The notes under the pieces: model-generated
Database searches by the model: none
Seen by the model: only the letters and a program-made list of their open reading frames with translations
What the model was told of the DNA's origin: nothing
Translations under genes and position numbers: made by a program
Shown: positions 28,585-37,759 of the stretch, one piece after another
Layout of the letters: the number at the start of each line of letters is the position of its first letter
Numbering within the stretch: the stretch's first letter is position 1
Source: Candidatus Nanopelagicales bacterium
GTDB taxonomy: Bacteria > Actinomycetota > Actinomycetes > S36-B12 > UBA5976
Assembly: GCA_030157865.1 (NCBI GenBank)
Contig: JAOATY010000038.1
Coordinates: 52,393-116,392, forward strand
DNA: 64,000 bases
Direction of reading: 5' to 3'

Positions 28585-29903
28585 TAACGATCAACGCCTC
28601 CCATAACTGGATCAATCGAAGCAACTGCTGCGATCACGTCTGCAATCTGTCCACCTTCACACATTGCGGCAACTGCCTGAAGATTTGTAAATGATGGATC
28701 GCGGTAGTGAACTCGGTAAGGACGAGTTCCACCGTCAGAAACAATGTGAACACCAAGTTCGCCACGTGGTGATTCAACTGCGCTGTAAACCTGACCGGCT
28801 GGAACCTGGAAACCTTCAGTTACTAACTTAAAGTGGTGAATCAAAGCTTCCATTGATTCGCCCATGATGTGACGAATGTGATCAAGCGAGTTGCCCTGAC
28901 CGTCAGAACCGATTGATAGCTGTGATGGCCATGCAATCTTCTTGTCTTCAACCATGACTGCACCAGGCTGCAAACGATCTAGACATTGTTCAACAATGTT
29001 TAGTGACTGTTCCATCTCCGTTAGACGGATCAGGAAACGACCGTATGCATCGGAAGTGGTCTGGGTCATGACATCGAATTCATAGTTTTCGTAACCGCTG
29101 TATGGCGCTGTCTTACGAAGATCTTCAGGCAGACCGGTTGCACGAAGAACAGGACCAGTAACACCAAGTGCCATACAACCTGCAAGATCAAGCTTTCCAA
29201 TACCTTGAGTTCTGGCTAACCAAATCGAGTTATCGACAAGCATGTCTGCAGTGTCTTTCATGCGACGAGGTAGCGCCATGATTGTGTCTCGAATTTGCTT
29301 TTCAGCACCTGCTGGCAAATCTTGTGCCACACCACCAGGTCGGATGTAAGCACTGTTCATGCGCAGACCAGTTACAAGTTCAAACAAGTCAAGAACTGAT
29401 TCACGCTCACGGAATCCAAAGATCATTGCGGTAAGCGCGCCAAGTTCCATACCGCCAGTTGCAAGTGCAACAAGGTGGGAGGAAACGCGGTTAAGTTCCA
29501 TCATCATTACGCGAATGATTTGCGCACGTTCTGGAATTTGGTCAGTTATGCCAAGAAGTTTTTCAACACCTAAGCAGTAAGCAGTTTCGTTAAAGAATGG
29601 TGACAAGTAATCCATACGAGTAACAAAAGTTACGCCCTGAGTCCAAGTGCGGTATTCAAGATTCTTTTCGATACCGGTATGTAGGTAACCAATTCCGCAA
29701 CGAGCTTCGGTTACAGATTCGCCTTCAAGTTCCAGGATCAAACGCAATACGCCGTGAGTTGATGGGTGCTGAGGACCCATGTTTACGACAATGCGTTCGT
29801 ACTCGCCTTCGGCAGCACCAAGAACTGAATCCCAATCTTGGCCCATAACAGTGTGGACGCGACCTTCAGTCGTTTCATATGTTGGTGAGTAAGTATCTGA
29901 CAT
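28584..29903 (-). CDS. nuoD: NADH-quinone oxidoreductase subunit D
   Basis: 439 aa with [14 protein letters not shown] and a C-terminal ...[10 protein letters not shown]. Confidence 0.96.
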   Translation of the reverse strand: MSDTYSPTYETTEGRVHTVMGQDWDSVLGAAEGEYERIVVNMGPQHPSTHGVLRLILELEGESVTEARCGIGYLHTGIEKNLEYRTWTQGVTFVTRMDYLSPFFNETAYCLGVEKLLGITDQIPERAQIIRVMMMELNRVSSHLVALATGGMELGALTAMIFGFRERESVLDLFELVTGLRMNSAYIRPGGVAQDLPAGAEKQIRDTIMALPRRMKDTADMLVDNSIWLARTQGIGKLDLAGCMALGVTGPVLRATGLPEDLRKTAPYSGYENYEFDVMTQTTSDAYGRFLIRLTEMEQSLNIVEQCLDRLQPGAVMVEDKKIAWPSQLSIGSDGQGNSLDHIRHIMGESMEALIHHFKLVTEGFQVPAGQVYSAVESPRGELGVHIVSDGGTRPYRVHYRDPSFTNLQAVAAMCEGGQIADVIAAVASIDPVMGGVDR

Positions 29904-30598
29904 TAGCTGTATGACCTCCGAGTATCGGGAGGTGGAATTGTTGCGCCCTTGTATTCAACGGGAACACCACCAAGTGGATAGTCCTTGCGCTGCGGATGAC
30001 CTTGCCAATCATCCGGCATCATGATGCGGATCAAATGTGGATGACCATCAAAAATAATTCCGAAGAAGTCATATGCTTCACGCTCATGCCAGTCGTTTGT
30101 TGGATAGACCGACATGATCGAAGGAATGTGTGGGTTGGAATCTGGAACTGAAACTTCAAGTCGGATTCGACGATTGTGAGTTAGCGAACGGAAATGATAA
30201 ACCGCGTGTAATTCACGATCTTTATGTTCTGGATAGTGAACGCCACTAACACCAAGGCAAAGTTCAAAACGTAGACCTGGTTCGTCGCGAAGTGTCTTTG
30301 CTACTGAAACTAGTTCACTTGGGCGCACATAAAGCGTTAATTCATCGCGATCAACTACAACTTTTTCAATTGCCTTTTCCCAAGACGAATCAAAATCTGG
30401 AAGCGCTGCAGTTAATTCATCAGCAAGCACATCAAAGTAGTTTCCGTATGGACGCTCGGCTGGGGCTGGAACTGGAACCACAGTTGTTAGTCCGCCAAAT
30501 CCGGAAGTGTCACCGGATCCTGATGCACCAAACATTCCTTGGCTCGCACTTGTAACTTCAAGCAACGGTTGCCCGTTGTGTACTACTTCATTACTCAT
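29903..30598 (-). CDS. nuoC: NADH-quinone oxidoreductase subunit C
   Basis: 231 aa with [19 protein letters not shown]. Confidence 0.95.
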   Translation of the reverse strand: MSNEVVHNGQPLLEVTSASQGMFGASGSGDTSGFGGLTTVVPVPAPAERPYGNYFDVLADELTAALPDFDSSWEKAIEKVVVDRDELTLYVRPSELVSVAKTLRDEPGLRFELCLGVSGVHYPEHKDRELHAVYHFRSLTHNRRIRLEVSVPDSNPHIPSIMSVYPTNDWHEREAYDFFGIIFDGHPHLIRIMMPDDWQGHPQRKDYPLGGVPVEYKGATIPPPDTRRSYS

Positions 30599-31149
30599 CG
30601 CAACAAACCTCGTTGCGCAGTTACTGGTGTTGCAAGTAGCGCTTCTTTTTCAAGTTCAACAATTTCGCGTTTACGGTTTGAACCAAGTTTGGTGTCGCCA
30701 ATTTGCTCATGAAGCTTCAGCAATGCATCGATTAGCATTTCTGGGCGCGGTGGGCAGCCTGGCAAATAAATGTCTACTGGTACAACGTGATCAACGCCCT
30801 GCACAATTGCATAGTTGTTGAACATGCCACCGGAAGATGCACAAGCACCCATTGCAAGAACCCACTTTGGTTCTGGCATTTGATCATAAATTTGGCGAAG
30901 TACTGGAGCCATCTTTTGGCTAACGCGACCTGCAACGATCATTAGATCTGCTTGACGTGGTGATGCACGGAAAACTTCCATGCCGAATCGAGCTAAGTCA
31001 TAACGTCCTGCACCGGATGCCATCATTTCGATTGCGCAGCAAGCAAGACCGAATGTTGCTGGCCAAAGAGAGTTCTTGCGTGCGTAACCTGCTAAGCCTT
31101 CAACCGTGGTTAAGAGCACACCACTTGGCAACTTCTCTTCTAGTCCCAT
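30595..31149 (-). CDS. nuoB: NADH-quinone oxidoreductase subunit B
   Basis: [21 protein letters not shown] and LPGCPPRPE. Confidence 0.96.
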   Translation of the reverse strand: MGLEEKLPSGVLLTTVEGLAGYARKNSLWPATFGLACCAIEMMASGAGRYDLARFGMEVFRASPRQADLMIVAGRVSQKMAPVLRQIYDQMPEPKWVLAMGACASSGGMFNNYAIVQGVDHVVPVDIYLPGCPPRPEMLIDALLKLHEQIGDTKLGSNRKREIVELEKEALLATPVTAQRGLLR

Positions 31150-31174
31150 TTTTTCCTCTAACTTCTAAAAATTC

Positions 31175-31543
31175 TTAATCCCACTCAAGTCCACCGCGAC
31201 GCCAAACAAATGCGTACGCAACTAGAACTGTGAGAATGAAAATGATCATTTCAATCAATCCGAATAGCCCAAGAGCATCAAATGAAACTGCCCATGGATA
31301 TAGAAAAACAATTTCGATGTCGAAAATAATGAAGAGCATCGCGGTGATGTAGTACTTCACTGGGAAGCGACCGCCGCCAAGCTGAGCTTGTGCTGGCTGG
31401 ATTCCACATTCGTAAGCATCAACCTTGGCTCGGTTGTATCTTTTTGGTCCGGTGAACGAAGCGGCAGCGACCGAGAAAACTGCAAAACCGAATGCCAATA
31501 GACCTAGGAAGAAAATGGGTAGGTATACATTTCCCTGTCCCAC
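31175..31543 (-). CDS. nuoA: NADH-quinone oxidoreductase subunit A (GTG start)
   Basis: 122 aa with 3 TM segments, DAYECG, and an AAAGGTGG RBS upstream. Confidence 0.93.
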   Translation of the reverse strand: MGQGNVYLPIFFLGLLAFGFAVFSVAAASFTGPKRYNRAKVDAYECGIQPAQAQLGGGRFPVKYYITAMLFIIFDIEIVFLYPWAVSFDALGLFGLIEMIIFILTVLVAYAFVWRRGGLEWD

Positions 31544-31617
31544 GGTTAGGCCACCTTTCGCTTGCGCTAGTCAATCCTAGAGGCGAAAAGCCCCTTTAAA
31601 ATTCAGCATTTGTGCGT

Positions 31618-31636
31618 TTGTGAAAAGATTCACTAA
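31618..31636 (-). promoter_or_regulatory. Rex operator (ROP-like) upstream of nuoA
   Basis: TTGTGAAAAGATTCACTAA compared with the recalled consensus TTGTGAA-N4-TTCACAA gives one half-site mismatch. It lies 75 nt upstream of the nuoA start, and rex is encoded in this window. Confidence 0.55.
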
Positions 31637-31716
31637 TGCGCCCTTAGTTTATTTGATGGCAGACAAGGGGTCACTTCTGGGTCGAGGATTCAAAACTTGA
31701 GGCTAGCGGGATTTAC

Positions 31717-32406
31717 TTACTTAGTTGCCCTATGTAGGGCAACAATTCCCCCAGTTAAATCGCGATATTCGCAGGTTTTCCAGCCGGAAGCCAAGATATC
31801 TTCACTTAATTCGGCCTGATTTGGCCAAGCTCGGATTGACTCAGCCAAATAAACATAAGCATCTGGGTTGCTGGACATTTTGTTAGCCACGGCTGGCAAA
31901 GCCTTCATTAGGTATTCCATATAAACCGTGCGAAATGGTGACCAAGTTGGATGGCTGAATTCACAAACAACTAGACGTCCACCTGGCTTGGTAACTCTGG
32001 ACATTTCGGACAGAGCCTTCTTCGGATCCTGCACGTTTCGCAGGCCAAACGAGATTGTGACTGCATCAAAAGAGTTGTCTGCGAAAGGCAAATTCATGGC
32101 ATCGCCTTGGACGAAGGTTAGGTGCGGGAATTGCTTGCGACCTACTTCAATCATTCCTGCGCTGAAATCACAGGCAGTTGGATTGGCACCTGCTTCATAG
32201 AACGGCTGGGTACTGGTTCCGGTACCGGCCGCTAGATCCAGAATTTCTTCGCCAACAGTTGGCGCTACTGCTGCCACTACGGCTTTACGCCAAGAGCGGG
32301 TTTGTCCCATGCTCAATACATCGTTCGTGATGTCGTATTTTTTCGCCACTGCATCAAACATTGCAGCTACCTCGTGAGGCTCTTTGTTTAAGTAAGCGCG
32401 TGACAT
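31717..32406 (-). CDS. menG: Demethylmenaquinone methyltransferase
   Basis: [40 protein letters not shown]... with SAM motif LDLAAGTGT (UbiE/MenG family). I prefer the ATG at 32406 over the TTG at 32445. Confidence 0.9.
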   Translation of the reverse strand: MSRAYLNKEPHEVAAMFDAVAKKYDITNDVLSMGQTRSWRKAVVAAVAPTVGEEILDLAAGTGTSTQPFYEAGANPTACDFSAGMIEVGRKQFPHLTFVQGDAMNLPFADNSFDAVTISFGLRNVQDPKKALSEMSRVTKPGGRLVVCEFSHPTWSPFRTVYMEYLMKALPAVANKMSSNPDAYVYLAESIRAWPNQAELSEDILASGWKTCEYRDLTGGIVALHRATK

Positions 32407-32450
32407 GTCTCTAGTCTGCCATCTTTTTCGGGGCACGCACTTCAAGGTCC

Positions 32451-33854
32451 TTAGCTTGGATTAGGCAACTTCAACAAAACGGATTTCCACAGCGCTAAGA
32501 CGTTTGGAATCGCAGTGATCACCCGTTCGTGATCTTTAGTTAGGACTGCGTCGCGCAAAATCACACTTGCCGTTGTTGGCGACAGCGCAATGTCTCCAGC
32601 GAAAAGAGCTTTCCAAACTTGATCCTCATCGCTACGAATCTGTTCCAAGTCGCCCATATCTTTCCGAAGCGATGATGCTTGTTTGGTTAATCTGTCGCGA
32701 TAATTCTTAGACGAGGTAATCACACCACCAAGTAATGCCCCACCGTTAAAGAAAATGAACGGAATAGCGGCATACGCCAGAGCAGCACCATATGAACCAG
32801 AGTTGTCGCCTGCGAAAAATCCAAGGATTAATAGCCAAAAGAAAAGATAAGCGAGTACTAATAGCTCATATGTCATTACTCGAAACAAAACTGGTTTCGC
32901 TCCAAGTCGTGGAACTAGATTTCTTTCATAGATCCGGAAAATCAAAAAACTAATCGCACTTAAAGTTGCACCCCAAAAGAAAGCATGGATCGCATCCATG
33001 AAGTAACTAAGCCAACTGCTAAATCCAAAGAAAGCGAAAATCGAAATTAATGCCGGCATAGCATTGTTTGGATTTGTGCTTGCTGCGATTACGTCAGCAA
33101 ATGAATACTTAGCTTGCGAATGCACTTTTGACATTCTTGATGCACTTGGAGTTCGGTTAGAAATCTTGTTAACACGTATTTCCACCTCATCGAGGGTTTC
33201 CTGCAGTTGAACAATCTGTCCCGTTACTTTTTGCACCGGAATATTAGTTGCGATGAGATTTTCTAGTGTGCCGCGTGTTGCTTGAATCTCGAGCGAAACT
33301 TCACGAATGGCAAAGGTCCTGGCATCTCTAATTGTTGAGATCAAATCCGCTTGCTGTTTGGTGAGACTTACAAGCAAATCTTTTCCAAGACTTACTTGTT
33401 TAAAGTTTCCCCCCAAAACCAAAGTCGTCCAACCGAATCCCAAGTAGATAAAAGTTGTGAAAGCCAAACTTATTGCTCGTTGAAAAAGGGACTGCGTGAT
33501 TGGCTCAAAGTTCCAGCTTCGAAGGATTGCTTCAAACAGGATTGTTCCAAAAACATTAAGGACAAGGATCAAGCCAACAACAATCCAAGAACGCATTTTT
33601 CCAAGTGGTGCTCGCCACAATGCCTTTCCCAAAATTGACAGCAAGACCACTACCAAGATTTGAGAAATTGCAATTGCCCCGAGGCTATAAATGAAAAACT
33701 CACTTTCGTCCGCGGCATAAACCGTGAGTTTTCCTAACGAAAAAACTAAGGAAGCAAGACTTAAAGACAACAAGTTAAAGGTGTCGGGACCGGCGAGATT
33801 CCGTAGTAAATCTCGGAATGTCGAACTGGTATTCGCGGAAGTTAACTCGGTCAC
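32451..33854 (-). CDS. Hypothetical polytopic membrane protein with central and C-terminal coiled-coil-like segments (467 aa)
   Basis: Long uninterrupted ORF with ~5 N-terminal TM helices, a ~90-aa heptad-like hydrophilic segment ([15 protein letters not shown]...[16 protein letters not shown]), ~6 more TM helices and a ~100-aa soluble tail. I recognise no catalytic motif. The GTG start is uncertain. Confidence 0.6.
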   Translation of the reverse strand: MTELTSANTSSTFRDLLRNLAGPDTFNLLSLSLASLVFSLGKLTVYAADESEFFIYSLGAIAISQILVVVLLSILGKALWRAPLGKMRSWIVVGLILVLNVFGTILFEAILRSWNFEPITQSLFQRAISLAFTTFIYLGFGWTTLVLGGNFKQVSLGKDLLVSLTKQQADLISTIRDARTFAIREVSLEIQATRGTLENLIATNIPVQKVTGQIVQLQETLDEVEIRVNKISNRTPSASRMSKVHSQAKYSFADVIAASTNPNNAMPALISIFAFFGFSSWLSYFMDAIHAFFWGATLSAISFLIFRIYERNLVPRLGAKPVLFRVMTYELLVLAYLFFWLLILGFFAGDNSGSYGAALAYAAIPFIFFNGGALLGGVITSSKNYRDRLTKQASSLRKDMGDLEQIRSDEDQVWKALFAGDIALSPTTASVILRDAVLTKDHERVITAIPNVLALWKSVLLKLPNPS

Positions 33855-33877
33855 ACTGCTAAGTCTAAGGAGACTCC

Positions 33878-33925
33878 ATGCACATGCTGAGATTCCAAAG
33901 ACGCCGTAGGCTTATCAGGTTATGA
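33878..33925 (+). CDS. Candidate 15-codon upstream ORF (MHMLRFQRRRRLIRL) translationally coupled to menF
   Basis: AAGGAG (33867-33872) lies 5 nt before the ATG at 33878. Its TGA stop overlaps the menF ATG as ATGA (33922-33925). menF itself has no obvious SD. Confidence 0.3.
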   Translation: MHMLRFQRRRRLIRL

Positions 33926-35184
33926 CTTCATTGATGTCGGTTCAAGATTCGAACTTATATGTTCGAACTGTAGCCCTGCCTGATATTCCAAACCTGCTGG
34001 CGCTCATGCCTGCCGCGGGTGGACTCTCTTGGGTTCATGGATTGGCAACCGACCAAACCGGAATTATCGGTTGGGGTGAAGTTTCCAGAATGTCCTTTAG
34101 TGGTCCAGAGAGATTCAGTCGCGCCCAGCGTTGGTGGTCACAGCAGTGCACCAATTCACATGGCGATGAACCAATTGCCTTTGCTTCATTCGCGTTCGAC
34201 AAAGATCCTGGGTCGTCAGTTTTAGTAATTCCTGAAATTGCAATTACTCGAGATGCAACAGGGACTCGACTGACGTTAATAAGTAATGACGCAATCACTG
34301 ATTTCCAACTTAATGAAGTTGTTAGCGAGATAACTAAGCCTCGAGAAGTTGTGCAAGGAATTAACAACGTAACTTGGTTACCAGGTTCTCGTCCGGTATC
34401 CGAATGGCAGTCAGCAGTAGATACTGCAGTTTCAAGAATCAATTCGGGCGAGTTAGACAAGGTCGTTTTAGCTCGAGACATTGTGGCGCAACTTGATGAG
34501 CCAATTCATATTGGTTCCCTCTTGATTCGCTTGAATGAAGCTTTCCCTGAGTGCTGGACGTTTTGTGTCGACGGCCTTGTTGGCGCCACGCCTGAACTAT
34601 TGATTCGACGCGATGGCGAGCATGTGACCAGTCGAGTTTTGGCTGGAACTATGCGCCGAAGTCGTGACACTGATCGCGATGGGCAGCTGGCTGCGGAGTT
34701 ACTTGATTCCGATAAGGACCAAGAAGAGCATGCCTATGCCGTCGAATCTGTAGCTGCTGCACTTGCAACACATTGCACAGATCTAAATGTTCCCGAGCGA
34801 CCATTTATTTTGCGTCTGGCAAATGTGCAGCACTTAGCAACAGATGTAACAGGTGAACTTGTCGACGCTGCTCCTGCTCTCGCGCTTGCCGCATCACTGC
34901 ACCCAACTGCAGCTGTTTGCGGAACACCGACTGAACGCGCAACTCATGTCATAAAAGAATTAGAAGGCATGGATCGTGGTCGTTACTCCGCGCCAGTTGG
35001 TTGGATCGCAGCTAATGGGGATGGTGAATTTGGAATTGCATTGCGCTGTGCACTTATTGAATCCGAAGATCGCAAGACTCTGCGATTATTTGCCGGTTGT
35101 GGGATTGTTGCTGGGTCAGACGGTGAATCAGAAGTTGCTGAATCTCAGGCTAAATTCGCCGCTATGAAATCCGCTTTGGAATAA
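33922..35184 (+). CDS. menF: Isochorismate synthase (menaquinone-specific)
   Basis: 420-aa chorismate-binding domain with LAGTMRR, LHPTAAVCGTP, RGRYSAPVGW and GIALRCA. Confidence 0.9.
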   Translation: MTSLMSVQDSNLYVRTVALPDIPNLLALMPAAGGLSWVHGLATDQTGIIGWGEVSRMSFSGPERFSRAQRWWSQQCTNSHGDEPIAFASFAFDKDPGSSVLVIPEIAITRDATGTRLTLISNDAITDFQLNEVVSEITKPREVVQGINNVTWLPGSRPVSEWQSAVDTAVSRINSGELDKVVLARDIVAQLDEPIHIGSLLIRLNEAFPECWTFCVDGLVGATPELLIRRDGEHVTSRVLAGTMRRSRDTDRDGQLAAELLDSDKDQEEHAYAVESVAAALATHCTDLNVPERPFILRLANVQHLATDVTGELVDAAPALALAASLHPTAAVCGTPTERATHVIKELEGMDRGRYSAPVGWIAANGDGEFGIALRCALIESEDRKTLRLFAGCGIVAGSDGESEVAESQAKFAAMKSALE

Positions 35185-36387
35185 CTAGTTATTAGTTGCT
35201 GGAATTGTTTCCCAACCGCGTAAAACAAATGTTGGTCGCTGGACCGGAGTTCCAGCTAAACGCAGATTTGGAAATCTCTCAAACATCATCGGTAACGAAT
35301 TCTGCATTTCAAGACGAGCTAACGGAGCACCGATGCAGAAATGAATTCCAGCACCAAATGCAATATGTGGATTGTGCTTTCTAGTTATGTCGAAGCGATC
35401 AGTATCTTCAAAAACTTCTTCGTCTCGATTTGCCGAACCAAGCATTGCCACAACCTTTTGTCCTTCGAGAACCGTTGTGTTACCAATGACAGTTTCGCTT
35501 GTAGCAGTCCGCTCAAACATGTGAAGCGGTGAATCAAACCGCATCATTTCTTCAAGTGCTGTTTCAGTGAGCTCTCTTGGCGAACTCTTCATTAAATCCA
35601 ATTGATCTTGGTGGCGAAACATTGCAACCATTCCATTACCAAAACCATTAACAGACGCTTCATGGCCAGCATTTAAGAGCAGAACGCACATTGCGATCAA
35701 TTCATGTTCGTTGAGTTTTTCACCCTGCTCTTCAACTTCTACTAAAGCGGTAATCAAATCAGACCTAGGATCAACTTTGCGCTTGGCTGCCAAATCTGCA
35801 ATGTAAGTACTAAATTCCAGCCCAGCTTTTTGAGCAGCAAGTTCTTGTTCGCGCGATCTTCCGTATTCATACATCTTTACGATGTCCTGAGACCATCGGC
35901 GCAAGTCATTAGCCATATCTCGCGGCACGCCTAACAGGTCTGCAATAACTAAGATAGGCAATGGCTCAGCGTAGTCCGCCAAAATATCGAAGCTTCCGGA
36001 ACTTGCCAGCTTTGCTTCGGCTTCATCAAGTAACTGATCACAAATTTCAATGATGTTAGGTTCTAGCGCTGCAATGCGTCCAGGTGTGAATGCTTTTTGA
36101 ACTAACGATCGCAACCTGGTGTGCTTTGGTGGTTCGCTATCTAAAATCGAATCAGAATGTAACCAGTTAAAAATTTCCCATTCATCAAATGGTTCTTGCG
36201 CTTTATATAAACGACCCAAGCTTTTATTTCGAAGTGTGGCATTAGCTGTTTCATGAGTTGGAGCCAGCCAAAGCCCTAAGCGGTCACTCCAAACTAAATC
36301 TCGATCAGCTCGAAGTTGCCGATAGATGTCATAAGGGTTTGCAACTGTTGCCGGGTCGCGAGTATCTAAAATGTCAGCTGAGCTCAT
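35185..36387 (-). CDS. Cytochrome P450
   Basis: 400 aa with heme loop FGAGIHFCIGAPLARLE, ExxR (EEMMR) and I-helix LLLNAGHEAS. Confidence 0.93.
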   Translation of the reverse strand: MSSADILDTRDPATVANPYDIYRQLRADRDLVWSDRLGLWLAPTHETANATLRNKSLGRLYKAQEPFDEWEIFNWLHSDSILDSEPPKHTRLRSLVQKAFTPGRIAALEPNIIEICDQLLDEAEAKLASSGSFDILADYAEPLPILVIADLLGVPRDMANDLRRWSQDIVKMYEYGRSREQELAAQKAGLEFSTYIADLAAKRKVDPRSDLITALVEVEEQGEKLNEHELIAMCVLLLNAGHEASVNGFGNGMVAMFRHQDQLDLMKSSPRELTETALEEMMRFDSPLHMFERTATSETVIGNTTVLEGQKVVAMLGSANRDEEVFEDTDRFDITRKHNPHIAFGAGIHFCIGAPLARLEMQNSLPMMFERFPNLRLAGTPVQRPTFVLRGWETIPATNN

Positions 36388-36800
36388 GCGCTAGTTGGTT
36401 GATCTTCTTTGTAGCCGATCGATTTGATCGGGAGGGTGATTAGGTACAGAGCTGCAAAGCCGGAACCGATGCCAACAAAAACCCAACGTCCCGTCGTAGC
36501 AGTTCCTGGTGCTAGGTAAGTAAGAATTGCTAAACCGATCGAAACTAAAATCATCACAACTGCAGCTCTACGAAATGCTGGATCGCCAGCATTGCGTGAA
36601 GTTGTCGCCATGTGAGTTGAAAGTGCAACCAGAATCATGCCGGTCAATCGAAACGACCATATCGCTGACTCGTTAGATGTCAGGCCAATGTAGGAAACAA
36701 ATGCTGATGGATCCACAAGCAATACACCTGCGCTAATTGCGAAAACAATTGATCCAATGATCATCACTAGGCGGGAGTAACGATATCTAGAATTGCGCAT
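36384..36800 (-). CDS. Hypothetical small membrane protein (4 TM), overlapping the P450 start by 4 nt
   Basis: 138 aa with four hydrophobic helices, translationally coupled to the P450 gene. I recognise no family. Confidence 0.6.
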   Translation of the reverse strand: MRNSRYRYSRLVMIIGSIVFAISAGVLLVDPSAFVSYIGLTSNESAIWSFRLTGMILVALSTHMATTSRNAGDPAFRRAAVVMILVSIGLAILTYLAPGTATTGRWVFVGIGSGFAALYLITLPIKSIGYKEDQPTSA

Positions 36801-36846
36801 GGGTTAAGTCTAGAACTGTTTGCTTAAAGTGAGTTCAGGCACTCGA

Positions 36847-37704
36847 CTACTTGTGTAGAAGACCTGCGTCACTGAGCTTTGTGTCGCATTCGGACGAACC
36901 GGGCACTGGTGCATCCGGAGTTCGCGCGGGGCAGACTCGTTCAAATGCGCAGTAATCACACAGTCGAGAGACCCGTGTTTCCCACGACGAATTCTGCACA
37001 TCGCTTTCACTACCTGCGCGCATCTGTGCCAACTTCTCGCCTTGCAAAACAACCAGACCTGAATCAGCAGGACGCCGAACTACTTCTTGCGCATTTAGGA
37101 AAATTAGTTCAACTTCATCAACATCTATGTCGTGTTGAGTCTTGAAGCCAAGTGCGTACAAATACGGCTGAGCTAATTTGTCGTCGACAAACTTTCCAGG
37201 ACTCTTGCCGGTCTTGTAGTCAGTAACGCGATTAACGCCATCAACTGTAAAGCGATCTACTTTTCCAAAAAAGTTAACGCCATTGATTTCAACATTGAGT
37301 TCCATTTCAAGGTGCTCCGGCTGAACTACAACCTCTGGCGGATTTTCTACTTTGAATAAATTTTCAATCGCCTCTTTGACGCTGTATTTCATTTTGTTGT
37401 CAGATTCGAATGGTTTGTATTCAGCTAACTTAAGCATTCGTGGGCCATGCTCGCGGAGTAATTCCATCGCGGCGTCTAAAGTCCGCTCTTCTGGAGCTAG
37501 GCGATACAAGTATTCAACAACTTCGTGAGTAATCGATCCACCAGCTAATGCAGAAGTTGGTGGCTCGCGCCAGCCATCGATATATGAAAAGAAGTACTTC
37601 AATCCGCACTGTTGATAAAGCGACATTTGAGAATAGGAAACGCGCTTAGGGAGATTTGCTTTTGCAGGTTGCTCAACGTCAACGCGCATAGATTTGTCGG
37701 CCAT
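36847..37704 (-). CDS. PD-(D/E)XK nuclease, RecB/Cas4-like with 4-Cys cluster
   Basis: VDRF...VTDYKTGK (D...DxK), the QPYLY (QxxxY) motif, and cysteine pattern C33 ... CDYCAFERVC (C-x2-C-x5-C) as in Cas4/AddB Fe-S nucleases. Confidence 0.8.
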   Translation of the reverse strand: MADKSMRVDVEQPAKANLPKRVSYSQMSLYQQCGLKYFFSYIDGWREPPTSALAGGSITHEVVEYLYRLAPEERTLDAAMELLREHGPRMLKLAEYKPFESDNKMKYSVKEAIENLFKVENPPEVVVQPEHLEMELNVEINGVNFFGKVDRFTVDGVNRVTDYKTGKSPGKFVDDKLAQPYLYALGFKTQHDIDVDEVELIFLNAQEVVRRPADSGLVVLQGEKLAQMRAGSESDVQNSSWETRVSRLCDYCAFERVCPARTPDAPVPGSSECDTKLSDAGLLHK

Positions 37705-37759
37705 TTAGATTTCTCCCTTGTTGCCTTAACCGTACTTGGCTTGACTGACTATTCGGTCG

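Noticed and set aside
33948-33969. TTCGAACT-tatatg-TTCGAACT, which superficially resembles an actinobacterial LexA SOS box (TCGAAC-N4-GTTCGA)
   Set aside because: The spacing is 6 nt rather than 4 nt. The element is a direct repeat of a self-palindromic hexamer, and it lies inside the menF coding region (codons 9-16). There is no support for a LexA site.
36810-37052. 80-aa minus-strand ORF overlapping the 3' end of the nuclease gene
   Set aside because: It is an alternative frame of the PD-(D/E)XK nuclease gene, whose motifs define the real frame.
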